A stretch of 40,323 nucleotides of DNA from Candidatus Sumerlaeia bacterium (GTDB lineage Bacteria > Sumerlaeota > Sumerlaeia > SLMS01), in NCBI GenBank assembly GCA_038208905.1, contig JBBQYG010000014.1:1-40323 (forward strand). The letters run 5' to 3'. Shown one piece after another: positions 9,265 through 17,891 of this stretch. The position numbers and the translations under genes were made by a program. The stretch's first letter is position 1. Each line of letters starts with the position of its first letter. The notes under the pieces are model-generated. The model worked only from the letters and a program-made list of their open reading frames with translations. It searched no databases and was not told the origin of the DNA.

Positions 9265-9711
9265 ATGCCCTGCGACGACATCACCGAGTCCCTCCGCCTC
9301 GTCCTCGACGGGCAGGACCGCCTCGCCGACTACGAGCTGATCAAGCGCACCTGCGGGCGCGCGGTGGGGGAGCGCGACCTGCTCGCGACGCGCCTGACGG
9401 GAACGCCCGCGCGCGAGCTTCTGGAGCTGGACGGCGGCGACTTCGCCGACAGTCTGGGCATCGCGGACGACACCGAGCTGTTCCTCCACCTCAAGCACTT
9501 CTTCGCCATCCAGGCCGGCATCCGCGCGCTGCTCGGCGAGGTCGCCGCTGGCGTCTCCGATCCCGTCCGCGTCGCCCGTGTCTATACAGAGGGCGACGCC
9601 GTCGCCATCGAGGCCGAGATCTCCATCGACGTCCTCACGGACCAGATCAAGTCCTGTGGAAAATGCAAGGGCTGCGGGGCGTTTTCGGCGAAGGCGCTAG
9701 CGAAGGCGTAG
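9265..9711 (+). CDS. Cys-containing hypothetical protein, IscU/NifU_N-like with C-terminal CxxCxxC, 148 aa
   Basis: AGGAGG RBS at 9251-9256; MPCDD, RTCG, LHLKH, SCGKCKGCG. The CDS is well supported; the fold call is by eye. Confidence 0.7.
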   Translation: MPCDDITESLRLVLDGQDRLADYELIKRTCGRAVGERDLLATRLTGTPARELLELDGGDFADSLGIADDTELFLHLKHFFAIQAGIRALLGEVAAGVSDPVRVARVYTEGDAVAIEAEISIDVLTDQIKSCGKCKGCGAFSAKALAKA

Positions 9712-10135
9712 GGCGCCGCCCCCTCCACCCGCGCGCGGTATCGCGAAACACAGCCGCATGGTGCGTCCCGCCGATGCAGCGACACCCGGAGCGCTGTTGG
9801 AAACCGAGCGCGCGCCGCCCCATGCAGGGTAGCGTCCGTGTCCTCGCCCGCCTCGCCCCTCCTCCCGCTCATAGCAGTCCACCTCGGCCTGCGGAAGCTG
9901 TTCCGCGGGGCCTCGGCGTTTTCTTCGCGAGGGGTCGTTGGTATCGCTCCTTTGGTTGATCTTGGCGGATAACCCGAGGATTGCCGGTGATTCCTCGTCG
10001 GCGCATTTTACGGATATTGAATAAAAATGCCGAAGCCGAAAGGTCGCTCATCCGCCATCAACTTCACACAGTCCTCACATGACGCCGAGGGGGCCTCGCG
10101 CCTACATTATCGCATCTCTCCGAAAGGACCAATAC

Positions 10136-10852
10136 ATGTCCCCCCGTCGTCTCGGCTTTACCCTGATCGAGCTGTTGATCGTTGTCGCCATCATTGCCAT
10201 TCTCGCCGCGATCGCCGTCCCCAACTTTCTCGAGGCGCAGACCCGCGCCAAGATCGCCCGCGTCAAGAATGACATGCGCACGATGGCAACCGGGCTTGAG
10301 TCGTATTTCGTGGACTCCAATTCCTACACGCGCGATAGCGACTCGGACCTCGACGTGTTGGACGGGGCCGGTCGCCCCTTCAACAAGCTCGCCAACGGCG
10401 CCGTTCAGCTTACCACGCCGATCGCCTACCTGACCTCGCTGCTTCAGGATCCCTTCTCCGCGTCGCTCCCCACCAGTTCCTCCGGCGGAACTGCGATTGG
10501 ATACCGCATCGGCTCCGGAAGCTGGGTGTACGATCCCGCATTTCTTCCCACCGCCGACACTCAGGCCGCCGATGCGTTGAGCTGGCTTACGAACTCGGCG
10601 AACTCCTTCCGCCGTGTCCACTCTTATGTGACGCTGAGCCCGGGGCCAGACAAGAGCCGCGAGCGCATTGGCTACAAGTGCTTCCCCTGGAAGTCCACAC
10701 TCGCCACGGAGCAGGCCGTGTACCTCGACTACGATCCGAGCAACGGCACCCTGAGCAAGGGCGACATCTACCGCTTTGGCGGCTCCTTCACAACGGGCGA
10801 CTGGGACCGCACCGTCGCCGGCCGCGGCCCCCAGGGCCCCGAAGCAAACTAA
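10136..10852 (+). CDS. Prepilin-type N-methylation domain protein (GspG/type IV pilin-like), 238 aa
   Basis: Class III signal RRLG|FTLIELLIVVAIIAILAAIAVPNF, AAAGGA RBS, SPGPD, C-terminal YDPSNGTLSKGDI. Confidence 0.92.
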   Translation: MSPRRLGFTLIELLIVVAIIAILAAIAVPNFLEAQTRAKIARVKNDMRTMATGLESYFVDSNSYTRDSDSDLDVLDGAGRPFNKLANGAVQLTTPIAYLTSLLQDPFSASLPTSSSGGTAIGYRIGSGSWVYDPAFLPTADTQAADALSWLTNSANSFRRVHSYVTLSPGPDKSRERIGYKCFPWKSTLATEQAVYLDYDPSNGTLSKGDIYRFGGSFTTGDWDRTVAGRGPQGPEAN

Positions 10853-10883
10853 GTACAAGACGGAGTAGGCAGTAAGGAAAGGC

Positions 10884-10917
10884 CAACCGGGGGACCGCCA
10901 TGGCGGTCCCCCGGTTG
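10884..10917. repeat. Perfect 34-bp palindrome downstream of the pilin gene
   Basis: CAACCGGGGGACCGCCATGGCGGTCCCCCGGTTG is its own reverse complement. Confidence 0.9.
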
Positions 10918-10990
10918 TGTCTCTGCGAGGGCGCACCCGCCGTGGCGGACTGGATGTTCCACTGATCGGCCTGAGTGCTGTATAGACAGA

Positions 10991-11030
10991 GGCCCCGGAA
11001 AGTTTCGCTCTCCGGGGCCGCTTGCTTTCT
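10991..11030. terminator. Hairpin terminator between convergent genes
   Basis: GGCCCCGGA / TCCGGGGCC stem followed by GCTTGCTTTCT on the + strand. Confidence 0.55.
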
Positions 11031-11053
11031 GACTCCATCAACGACGCGCGACC

Positions 11054-12178
11054 TTACCCCGCCGCGACGCCATAGAAGCTGAGCAGGGTGCTCGCGACTT
11101 CCTCGATGGCCTTCTTCTTGAGGCCGGGCGCCACAGGCAGGGAGATCGCGCGCTTGGCGAGGTCTTCCGACACGGGGAACGCGCCCTCGCGATAGCCAAG
11201 GTACTCGAAGGCGGGCTGGCGATGAATCGCCGAGCCGTAATAGACGCCAAAGCCGATGCCCTTCTCCGTCAGGTGCTCCGCCAGCTTGTCGCGATCCGGC
11301 ACCAGCACGGTGTACATGTTGTACACGTGGGAGAGGTCGTCGCGGAAGGCGGGGGTCTGAACGGGCGAGCCCTTGAAGAGCTGTGTGTAGAGACGCGCGT
11401 TCTCCACGCGCTCCAGATTGTTCTCGTCGAGGTCGGCGAGCTTCAGGCTCAGGATGGCGGCCTGCACGGTGTCCATGCGGCTGTTGTAGCCGACCTGGGT
11501 GTGCTCGCGGTTGATCGTCCCCGAGGGGGCGAGGCCGTGATCGCGCAGGCGGCGCACCGCCTCCGCCAGCTTGTCGTCGTTGGTGGTCACCAGGCCTGCG
11601 TCGCCGATGGCGCCCAGGTTGCGGGTGGGATAGAAGCTAAAGGCCGAAAGCTGGCCATAAGTGCCCAGGCGCCGTCCGTTGACGCGGGCGCCCGCCGCAT
11701 GGCGCAGGTCCTCGATCACCGAGACGGAATACGTGCGCGCCACTGTTGCCAGGCGGTCGATCTCTGCCGCTTGTCCAAACATGTGAACGCCGATCACGGC
11801 CTTCGTGCGGGAGGTGATCGTCGCCATCGTCAGGTCGGGATCGAGGCAGTAGGAATCGGGCCTCACGTCCACAAAAACCGGCGTCGCGCCCAGGCGTGCC
11901 ACGACGTCGGCGTTTCTGCCGGAGCTGAATGCCGGCATGATCACTTCGTCCTCGGGGCCGACGCCCAGCGCGTTCAGCGCCAGAAGCATCGCGTCCGTCC
12001 CAGAGTTCACCCCGATGCCATGCTTCGTGGAGATGTACTTGGCGAACTGCTCCTCGAACTTCTGTACGCCCGGTCCCAGAATGAACTGCCCGGACTGGAA
12101 AATCTTGTCCAACTCCTCCTTGTAGTCATCGAGGAAATGGTCGTTTACGGCGCGAAGATTGATAAAGGGAACGGCCAT
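11054..12178 (-). CDS. DegT/DnrJ/EryC1/StrS-family protein with Lys-to-Arg at the PLP site (probable pseudo-aminotransferase)
   Basis: FILGPGV..FE, GVNSGTDA, GATPVFVDV, VHMFGQ, IED, SFYPTRNLGAIGDAG, GYNSRMDTVQAA, ISLP. Confidence 0.9.
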   Translation of the reverse strand: MAVPFINLRAVNDHFLDDYKEELDKIFQSGQFILGPGVQKFEEQFAKYISTKHGIGVNSGTDAMLLALNALGVGPEDEVIMPAFSSGRNADVVARLGATPVFVDVRPDSYCLDPDLTMATITSRTKAVIGVHMFGQAAEIDRLATVARTYSVSVIEDLRHAAGARVNGRRLGTYGQLSAFSFYPTRNLGAIGDAGLVTTNDDKLAEAVRRLRDHGLAPSGTINREHTQVGYNSRMDTVQAAILSLKLADLDENNLERVENARLYTQLFKGSPVQTPAFRDDLSHVYNMYTVLVPDRDKLAEHLTEKGIGFGVYYGSAIHRQPAFEYLGYREGAFPVSEDLAKRAISLPVAPGLKKKAIEEVASTLLSFYGVAAG

Positions 12179-12286
12179 GAATCGTGCGTCCTTTCAGTCG
12201 GGCCAAGGGGGCAGGGCACACCTTCCCCGCCCTCGGTTAGAGGGGGGATGCTTCCCGGCCCTCCCCGGCGCGTCAACCGATAGTGA

Positions 12287-12451
12287 GGAGGGAAACGGCG
12301 GGAGCGGCGGGGAGAGGCAGCGAACGGCAGGAACGGCGGGGAACGGCCCAGGGGCGCAACGCAGTCGTCCTCGATACTCCCTTGCCCCCTCCGCCCCCGC
12401 CGTTCCCGCTGTCCCCGCCTCTCCCTGCTTTTCCCCGCCGTTCCCCCCTCC
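12287..12451. repeat. Long imperfect inverted repeat built from about 9-nt GGGAACGGC-like units
   Basis: The purine-rich left arm (GGAGGGAAACGGCGGGAGCGGCGGGGAGAGGC...) mirrors the pyrimidine-rich right arm (...GCCTCTCCCTGCTTTTCCCCGCCGTTCCCCCCTCC) in a divergent intergenic region. Confidence 0.75.
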
Positions 12452-12463
12452 CAAGGACCTCCT

Positions 12464-13483
12464 TTGCCTGCGAGCCCCGATTTCCTGACCGCGTTCACGA
12501 TCTCCTTCGAGGCGATTGGGCGGCTGTTTCTGGTGGCGCTTGTGGGTTTCATCGCGGTGCGCCGAAATCTTGTGTCACAGCAGGGAGTGGATGGGCTCGT
12601 CCGGTTGATGATCGATCTGATCGTGCCTTGCGCGCTCAGCGTCTCGATGATCAAGGGGTTTCGATTGGAAATTCTTTCAGAGGCTTGGCCGCTGATCTTG
12701 GTGCCTGCGATCTTCCTGCCGGCTTCGGCGATGCTGTCGCTGCTTTATTTCCGGCTTTGGCCTGGAGACAATCCTCAGGCCGACCGGGCACTTTCGGCCC
12801 TTTCGGCGATTCCCAACAGCTTCTATATCCCGCTCCCCCTGGCGATCGCCGTGACCCCGCCGGAGCACCATGTGCTGGTGGGTGTGCTGATCGGGGCGGC
12901 AGTGTTGGCGGTGAATCCGCTGCAATGGACAATGGGGACGTTCATGGTGATGGGCGACAGCGCCCGTAAGGTGGCGACCGTCGCCACCTCGCTGCGCCAA
13001 GCGCTCAACGGCCCCGTGATCGGGGTTGTTGGCGGGGTAGCGCTTTCCTTCCTCCCCGGCTTTCCCGAGGCCGCGCGTGCCGAGGCCGGGAGCTTCATGC
13101 CGTTGCGGATGCTGCTCCGCGCGATGGAGCTGGCCGGCAGCGCCATGCCCCCGCTGGCCATGATCCTGACGGGGGCGCTGATTGCAAAGTGCGAGCTGCG
13201 CCGCGCCATCTCCGTGCGCCGTGTCCTGCCGGTGCTCGCCATGCGGTTTCTGATTACGCCCGGGCTGGTGCTACTGGCGATCCGGGGGGGCCTGCTCCCT
13301 GTTTCCGGGCTACCGGCGTTCATCCTCATGCTGGTGGCGGCATCGCCCCCCGCGATGAATCTGGCGCTGGCCGCCAAGCGATACGACGGCGACTGGAGCA
13401 TCATTTCCGGCGTCCAGCTTGTTGCCAGCCTGGTCGCGCTTGCCGCACTCCCGATCTGGATGTCCATAGGATTGCTTCTCTAA
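12464..13483 (+). CDS. AEC (auxin efflux carrier) family transporter
   Basis: About 10 hydrophobic segments; PNSFYIPLPL, ALNGPVIG, PPLAMILTGA, MRFLITP, SPPAMNL. TTG start with AAGGA upstream. Confidence 0.85.
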   Translation: MPASPDFLTAFTISFEAIGRLFLVALVGFIAVRRNLVSQQGVDGLVRLMIDLIVPCALSVSMIKGFRLEILSEAWPLILVPAIFLPASAMLSLLYFRLWPGDNPQADRALSALSAIPNSFYIPLPLAIAVTPPEHHVLVGVLIGAAVLAVNPLQWTMGTFMVMGDSARKVATVATSLRQALNGPVIGVVGGVALSFLPGFPEAARAEAGSFMPLRMLLRAMELAGSAMPPLAMILTGALIAKCELRRAISVRRVLPVLAMRFLITPGLVLLAIRGGLLPVSGLPAFILMLVAASPPAMNLALAAKRYDGDWSIISGVQLVASLVALAALPIWMSIGLLL

Positions 13484-13682
13484 GCCTTGTTGCCGGTTAT
13501 CGGGGTTTCCCGGATTTCCTTGCCCCGCCCGCGCGGTGACCCATGACGTATCGCCCCCGGCGGTGTGGGCCGCTCTGGCATGGACGTGGCTTTATCGCCG
13601 CCCAATGGCCGCAAGCCCCGCCAACGCAATGTTTGCCGCGTCAATTGTGCCCAGTTATTTACCCACCTGCGAAGAGTAACCC

Positions 13683-14702
13683 ATGGCGCCGATCATCCAA
13701 ATCAGAGGCCTCACCAAAGTTTACGTGCAGGACTTCGTCGGAGTCGAGCACGGGCGGCTCAAGATCCGGTTCAAGGACCGTCGCCGCGTCGCGCTGGAGA
13801 ACCTCGACCTCGACGTGAGCGAGGGCGAGATTTTCGGCCTGCTCGGTCCCAACGGGGCCGGCAAAACGACCACGCTGAAGATCCTCATGGGGCTGCACTT
13901 TGCCACGCGCGGCACCGCCACCATCATGGGCAAGCCGCTCGGAGACCTCGCCGTGAAGGAGCGCATCGGGTTCCTTCCCGAGAACCCTTACTTCTACGAC
14001 TATCTGACCGGCATCGAATTCCTTGACTACTACGGCCAGCTCTACGGCATGGACAAGGCGAAGCGCCGCAAGCGCATCCCCGAGCTGCTGGACAAGGTCG
14101 GCCTGACCCACGCGGGGGAGCTTCCGCTGCGGGGCTACTCCAAGGGAATGCTCCAGCGCGCGGGCCTCGCCCAGTCGCTGCTCAACGACCCCCAGATCGT
14201 GTTCCTCGACGAGCCCCAGTCGGGCCTCGACCCCTTCGGACGCAAGGAAGTCCGCGACCTGATCCTGTCGCTGCGCGACGCCGGCAAGACGGTCTTCTTC
14301 TCCAGCCACATCCTGCAGGACGCCGAGGTGATCTGCGACCGCGTGGCGATCCTCCACAAGGGCGAGCGCATCGCGCTCGGCCCGCTGTCCGAGATGCTTT
14401 CCGCCAAGGTCAAGGAGTACGAGGTGACGTTCTCCAATGCCGGCGACGCCCTGCAGAACAAGGCGAAGCAGAGCGCCCGGCGCTATGTCGTCCAGCGCAA
14501 CGAGTACCTCGCCGTGTTCGACAAGGAGGACGCGGCGCGGGGGCTTGCGTCGGAGATTCTCGCAGGCGGCGCGACGCTGAATTCCTTCGTCGCGCGCAAG
14601 GAAACGCTGGAGGAATACTTCATCCGCGAGATCGAGGGGAAGAGACGCCAGGAACGCGAAGGCGGCTCCACGGCCAACTCCCGCGAGGAGGCCCGCAAGT
14701 GA
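13683..14702 (+). CDS. ABC transporter ATP-binding protein (PilH/XapD-like)
   Basis: Walker A GPNGAGKTT, IGFLPENPYFYDYLTG, signature YSKGMLQR, Walker B VFLDEP, SSH. Confidence 0.93.
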   Translation: MAPIIQIRGLTKVYVQDFVGVEHGRLKIRFKDRRRVALENLDLDVSEGEIFGLLGPNGAGKTTTLKILMGLHFATRGTATIMGKPLGDLAVKERIGFLPENPYFYDYLTGIEFLDYYGQLYGMDKAKRRKRIPELLDKVGLTHAGELPLRGYSKGMLQRAGLAQSLLNDPQIVFLDEPQSGLDPFGRKEVRDLILSLRDAGKTVFFSSHILQDAEVICDRVAILHKGERIALGPLSEMLSAKVKEYEVTFSNAGDALQNKAKQSARRYVVQRNEYLAVFDKEDAARGLASEILAGGATLNSFVARKETLEEYFIREIEGKRRQEREGGSTANSREEARK

Positions 14703-15658
14703 TCAAGATTTACGCCATTGCCATCAACACCTTCAAGGAGGCGGTCAGAAACCGCGTCCTCTACGTGTTGCTTTTCTTCTCCATCATGATCATGTTCGGC
14801 GCATGGATCGCGTCCTCGCTCAGCATCGAGGAAAACACGCGCATCGTCCGCAACCTGGGCATCGGGGCCATCAACTTCATCTCCGTGCTGATCGCCGTGT
14901 TCGTCGGCATCGGGTTGGTGTACAACGATCTGGACAAGAAGACGATCTACACGATCGTCTCCAAGCCGATCCACCGGTGGCAGTTCCTGCTGGGCAAGTA
15001 TCTCGGGCTCCTCCTGACCATCGCCGTCAACGTGCTGGTGATGACGTGGATTTTCTGCTCCGTGCTCCACCTGCGCGAGCTGGTCACGGGAGACGCGCTG
15101 ACCCGGGCGCTTTATCCCACCGGCTCCGACGGGCAAGTCGCCTATCGCGGTTCCGGGTATCATCTCTTCTACTTCGTTGCGTCGATCGCGAAGGCCCTGG
15201 TCTTCGGCTTCATCAACATCGTCTCCCTCGGATTCGATGGGATGGTTGTCACCCAGGGGCTCTTCGCCGCCTCGGTTCTGACCATTCTGGAGATGGCGGT
15301 GATCACGGGCTTCGCGGTGCTGTTCTCCTCGTTCTCCTCGCCGACGCTCAGCGCGTTCATGACGGTGATCGTTTTCGTCATCGGGCGGCTTAACCAGGAC
15401 CTGTACCTTTTCGCCACGGCGATGGCCGACCGGGCGGGCGGCGTCGAATTCCTCTCCGGCGGGCAGGTGGTGTCCTACTACTTCGCTGTCGGGGCGGCCC
15501 ACGTGTGCCCCAACCTTTCGATCTTCGACCAGCGCGCCGCGATCGCCTCGATGCAACCGGTGATGGTGGGCCCGCTGGAGGTCGCCTATGGCGGCGTCTA
15601 TACGCTGCTGGTGCTGTTCGTGGCCATCGTGGTCTTCAATCGGCGGAACTTCAAGTAA
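14699..15658 (+). CDS. ABC-2 type permease (PilI-like)
   Basis: IAINTFKEAVRNRVLY, DLDKKTIYTIVSKPIHRWQFLLGKYLG, C-terminal FNRRNFK. GTGA overlap with the ATPase gene. Confidence 0.9.
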   Translation: MIKIYAIAINTFKEAVRNRVLYVLLFFSIMIMFGAWIASSLSIEENTRIVRNLGIGAINFISVLIAVFVGIGLVYNDLDKKTIYTIVSKPIHRWQFLLGKYLGLLLTIAVNVLVMTWIFCSVLHLRELVTGDALTRALYPTGSDGQVAYRGSGYHLFYFVASIAKALVFGFINIVSLGFDGMVVTQGLFAASVLTILEMAVITGFAVLFSSFSSPTLSAFMTVIVFVIGRLNQDLYLFATAMADRAGGVEFLSGGQVVSYYFAVGAAHVCPNLSIFDQRAAIASMQPVMVGPLEVAYGGVYTLLVLFVAIVVFNRRNFK

Positions 15659-15673
15659 GGCAAGCGGGGCACA

Positions 15674-17167
15674 ATGCGCGGACGCGGCAACAGGGGCGGC
15701 ATCAGGCTCGGCGAGGTCATCCTCGGCGGCGCCATCGTCGCGTGCCTGCTACTTGCAATTGGCTATCAGTCCCACCGTCTGCGCGATGTGAAGCAGGTGT
15801 GGGCGCGCTTCGAGCAGAGGTTCCGCCTTCCACCTGCCGACCTGATCCAGATGGCCGCGCTCGGCTATGACAGCGTCTATGCCGACTGGCTATGGCTCCA
15901 GTCCATCCAGGCCTTCGGGCGTGGCTGGATCACGGAGAACCAGAGCACAGAGCCCATCTACCAGTACTTCGACACGGTCTCCGACCTCGACCCACAATTT
16001 GTGGGGGTTTACCGGTTTGGCAACCTCGTCGTCGGCGACAACCGCCGCGACTGGGTCCTTGGCCAGGAACTGCTGCGCAAGGGCTCCTACAAGAATCCCC
16101 ACAACTACGACCTTCCCCATCTGGGGCTGTACAACGCGATCTGGCAGTATGACGGCAAGGCCGATGCGCGCTGGTTTGCGCGCCGCCTCAAGCGCATCCC
16201 CGAGGCGCCCGCCTTCATGAAGCGCATGGAAGCCTTCATCGAGCAGAAGGACGGACGATTCGGCATCGCCTATGAATACAACATCCGACACTACATCGAG
16301 TACATCGCCGCCGACAGCGACATCGAGCGCGGCGTCATCCAGGGGCGCTTTCCCACGCTCCTGGACGCATGGTATCGCCGCGAGATGGAGTTTGCCATCC
16401 AGCGCTTCATTGAGCGGACCGGCAATCACCCCATGCGAATGGAGGACATCCTGGACCCCGCCATTCGGCCTGACTTCATGGGGCCCACCGTCGAGGGAAT
16501 CAAGAGCGCCATCGAGCAGTTCGCCGACGACATCGACCGGCTCGACAAGAGCAAGCCCGTCCCCGAGGAGCTTGTCCAGCGGGTGGTCGCCGCCACGCAG
16601 TCCCGCATCGTGGGGCTTCCGCCCGAGCCATTCGGAACATGGTACATGATCCACGCCAACCTGCGCGAGCTGTATATCAAGGAAGGCTTCAAGATTGATC
16701 AAGAGTACCGGTTCCCCTACTTGGTCTCCGTCCGCGATATCTTCGATTCCGTCAACCCCCCGATGATGGCCGCGCAGACGTTCATCATGGACTATCACAA
16801 GAAGCACGGTACCCTCCCCGACGACGCCCAGATGGCCCCCTATAACTTGCGCGACATCATGGGTGGCCACTATGTGTACCAGCGCGAGGCCCCCGAGTCG
16901 CCGATCTATGGCGTGTTCTACAGCACCGCCGTCCGCCGCATCAGCGAGGGCAAGGATCCGCGCTTGGGCGCCCAGGGCCCCGGCCCGTTCCCCCTCCCGC
17001 TGGAGCCGACCCTCAAGGACTACCCCGAGGACTATGAATGGGGCATCAAAAACGGTTACATCCTGGCCGACGGCACCGAACTCTACGACCCGCCGGGGAC
17101 GAAGCCCACGATGCCCGACGCTCCCACGACGATTCTCGACACGTTGCGGCCACTTCTGAACCCCTGA
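15674..17167 (+). CDS. Membrane-anchored TPR-like protein of pilus-associated ABC loci (PilG/XapA-like) with two pseudopilin-like C-terminal modules
   Basis: N-terminal TM; ADWLWLQSIQ..G and LDPQF..VYRFG motifs; then AIQRFIERTGNHP..MEDIL...LPPEPFG.WY and FIMDYHKKHGTLP...DIMGGHYVY. Confidence 0.65.
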   Translation: MRGRGNRGGIRLGEVILGGAIVACLLLAIGYQSHRLRDVKQVWARFEQRFRLPPADLIQMAALGYDSVYADWLWLQSIQAFGRGWITENQSTEPIYQYFDTVSDLDPQFVGVYRFGNLVVGDNRRDWVLGQELLRKGSYKNPHNYDLPHLGLYNAIWQYDGKADARWFARRLKRIPEAPAFMKRMEAFIEQKDGRFGIAYEYNIRHYIEYIAADSDIERGVIQGRFPTLLDAWYRREMEFAIQRFIERTGNHPMRMEDILDPAIRPDFMGPTVEGIKSAIEQFADDIDRLDKSKPVPEELVQRVVAATQSRIVGLPPEPFGTWYMIHANLRELYIKEGFKIDQEYRFPYLVSVRDIFDSVNPPMMAAQTFIMDYHKKHGTLPDDAQMAPYNLRDIMGGHYVYQREAPESPIYGVFYSTAVRRISEGKDPRLGAQGPGPFPLPLEPTLKDYPEDYEWGIKNGYILADGTELYDPPGTKPTMPDAPTTILDTLRPLLNP

Positions 17168-17288
17168 CCGGGCCGCGGCGGAACATCACCCCTTGCCACA
17201 GGCCAAACCCGTTCCCCCTCCTATGGGTCGAGTCGGGGCTGCCCCATTGATCCCGACTCCCAATCGCCGTTGAAAGCGATCGCGCCCT

Positions 17289-17891
17289 TTGGCCCTATCG
17301 GACGTTCCCGCGCAACTCGTTGACCGCTGCCGAACAGGCGACAGCGCCGCCTTCGACGAGTTGTTCACCATGATCCACGACGACCTCTTCCGCTGGACCT
17401 ACTCGCTCGTCCGCAACGAGGACGACGCCTTGGAGATCATGCAGGAGTGCTTCATCCGCATCTTCCGCCACCTGGGCCGGCTGGAGGATTCCAAGAAGTT
17501 TCCCCACTGGGTTTCCCGCCTGGTCATCAATCAGGTTAATACTTTTCGCGTAAAGCGGAGAAAAAACCAAACCGAAGAGCTGGAGGAGGGGTTTGATGTG
17601 GAGGAAGGGGCGCTCCCGTTGCAGGGCGCCGCAGCGCCGAACCCCCGGAAAGCCGCCGCCCATAACGAGATTCTGGCGAAAGTGAACCTGGCAATCGGCG
17701 AACTGCCCCCGCGCCAGCGCACGGCGGTGCTCCTTTTCGACGTGAAAGGATACAGCATCCGGCAGATCGCCGAGGAGCTGTCCTGTTCCGAAGGCGCCGT
17801 GAAATTCAACATCTTCCAGGGGCGACGAAAGCTCCGCCTGCTTTTGGGAGAGTTCGTTGACAAGGACGGCAAACTTACCCTGACGGAGTAA
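17289..17891 (+). CDS. ECF RNA polymerase sigma factor
   Basis: GDSAAFDELF, DDALEIMQECFIR, region 4 LPPRQRTAVLL..GYSIRQIAEELSCSEGAVK. TTG start. Confidence 0.92.
   Translation: MALSDVPAQLVDRCRTGDSAAFDELFTMIHDDLFRWTYSLVRNEDDALEIMQECFIRIFRHLGRLEDSKKFPHWVSRLVINQVNTFRVKRRKNQTEELEEGFDVEEGALPLQGAAAPNPRKAAAHNEILAKVNLAIGELPPRQRTAVLLFDVKGYSIRQIAEELSCSEGAVKFNIFQGRRKLRLLLGEFVDKDGKLTLTE

Noticed and set aside
10021-10080. Possible c-di-GMP riboswitch upstream of the pilin (GCCGAAAGGT)
   Set aside because: Only a GAAA-loop mini-hairpin; the GCAAA..GGGACGCAAAGC core is absent.
13576-13591. Sigma-54-like TGGCATG-N4-TGGCT upstream of the ABC operon
   Set aside because: The GG-N10-GC spacing fits but the -12 element is off-consensus, and such matches are common in GC-rich DNA.
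17178-17235. ECF autoregulatory promoter (GGAAC or AAAC ... GTC)
   Set aside because: Spacing is ambiguous and there is no second copy to support a consensus.
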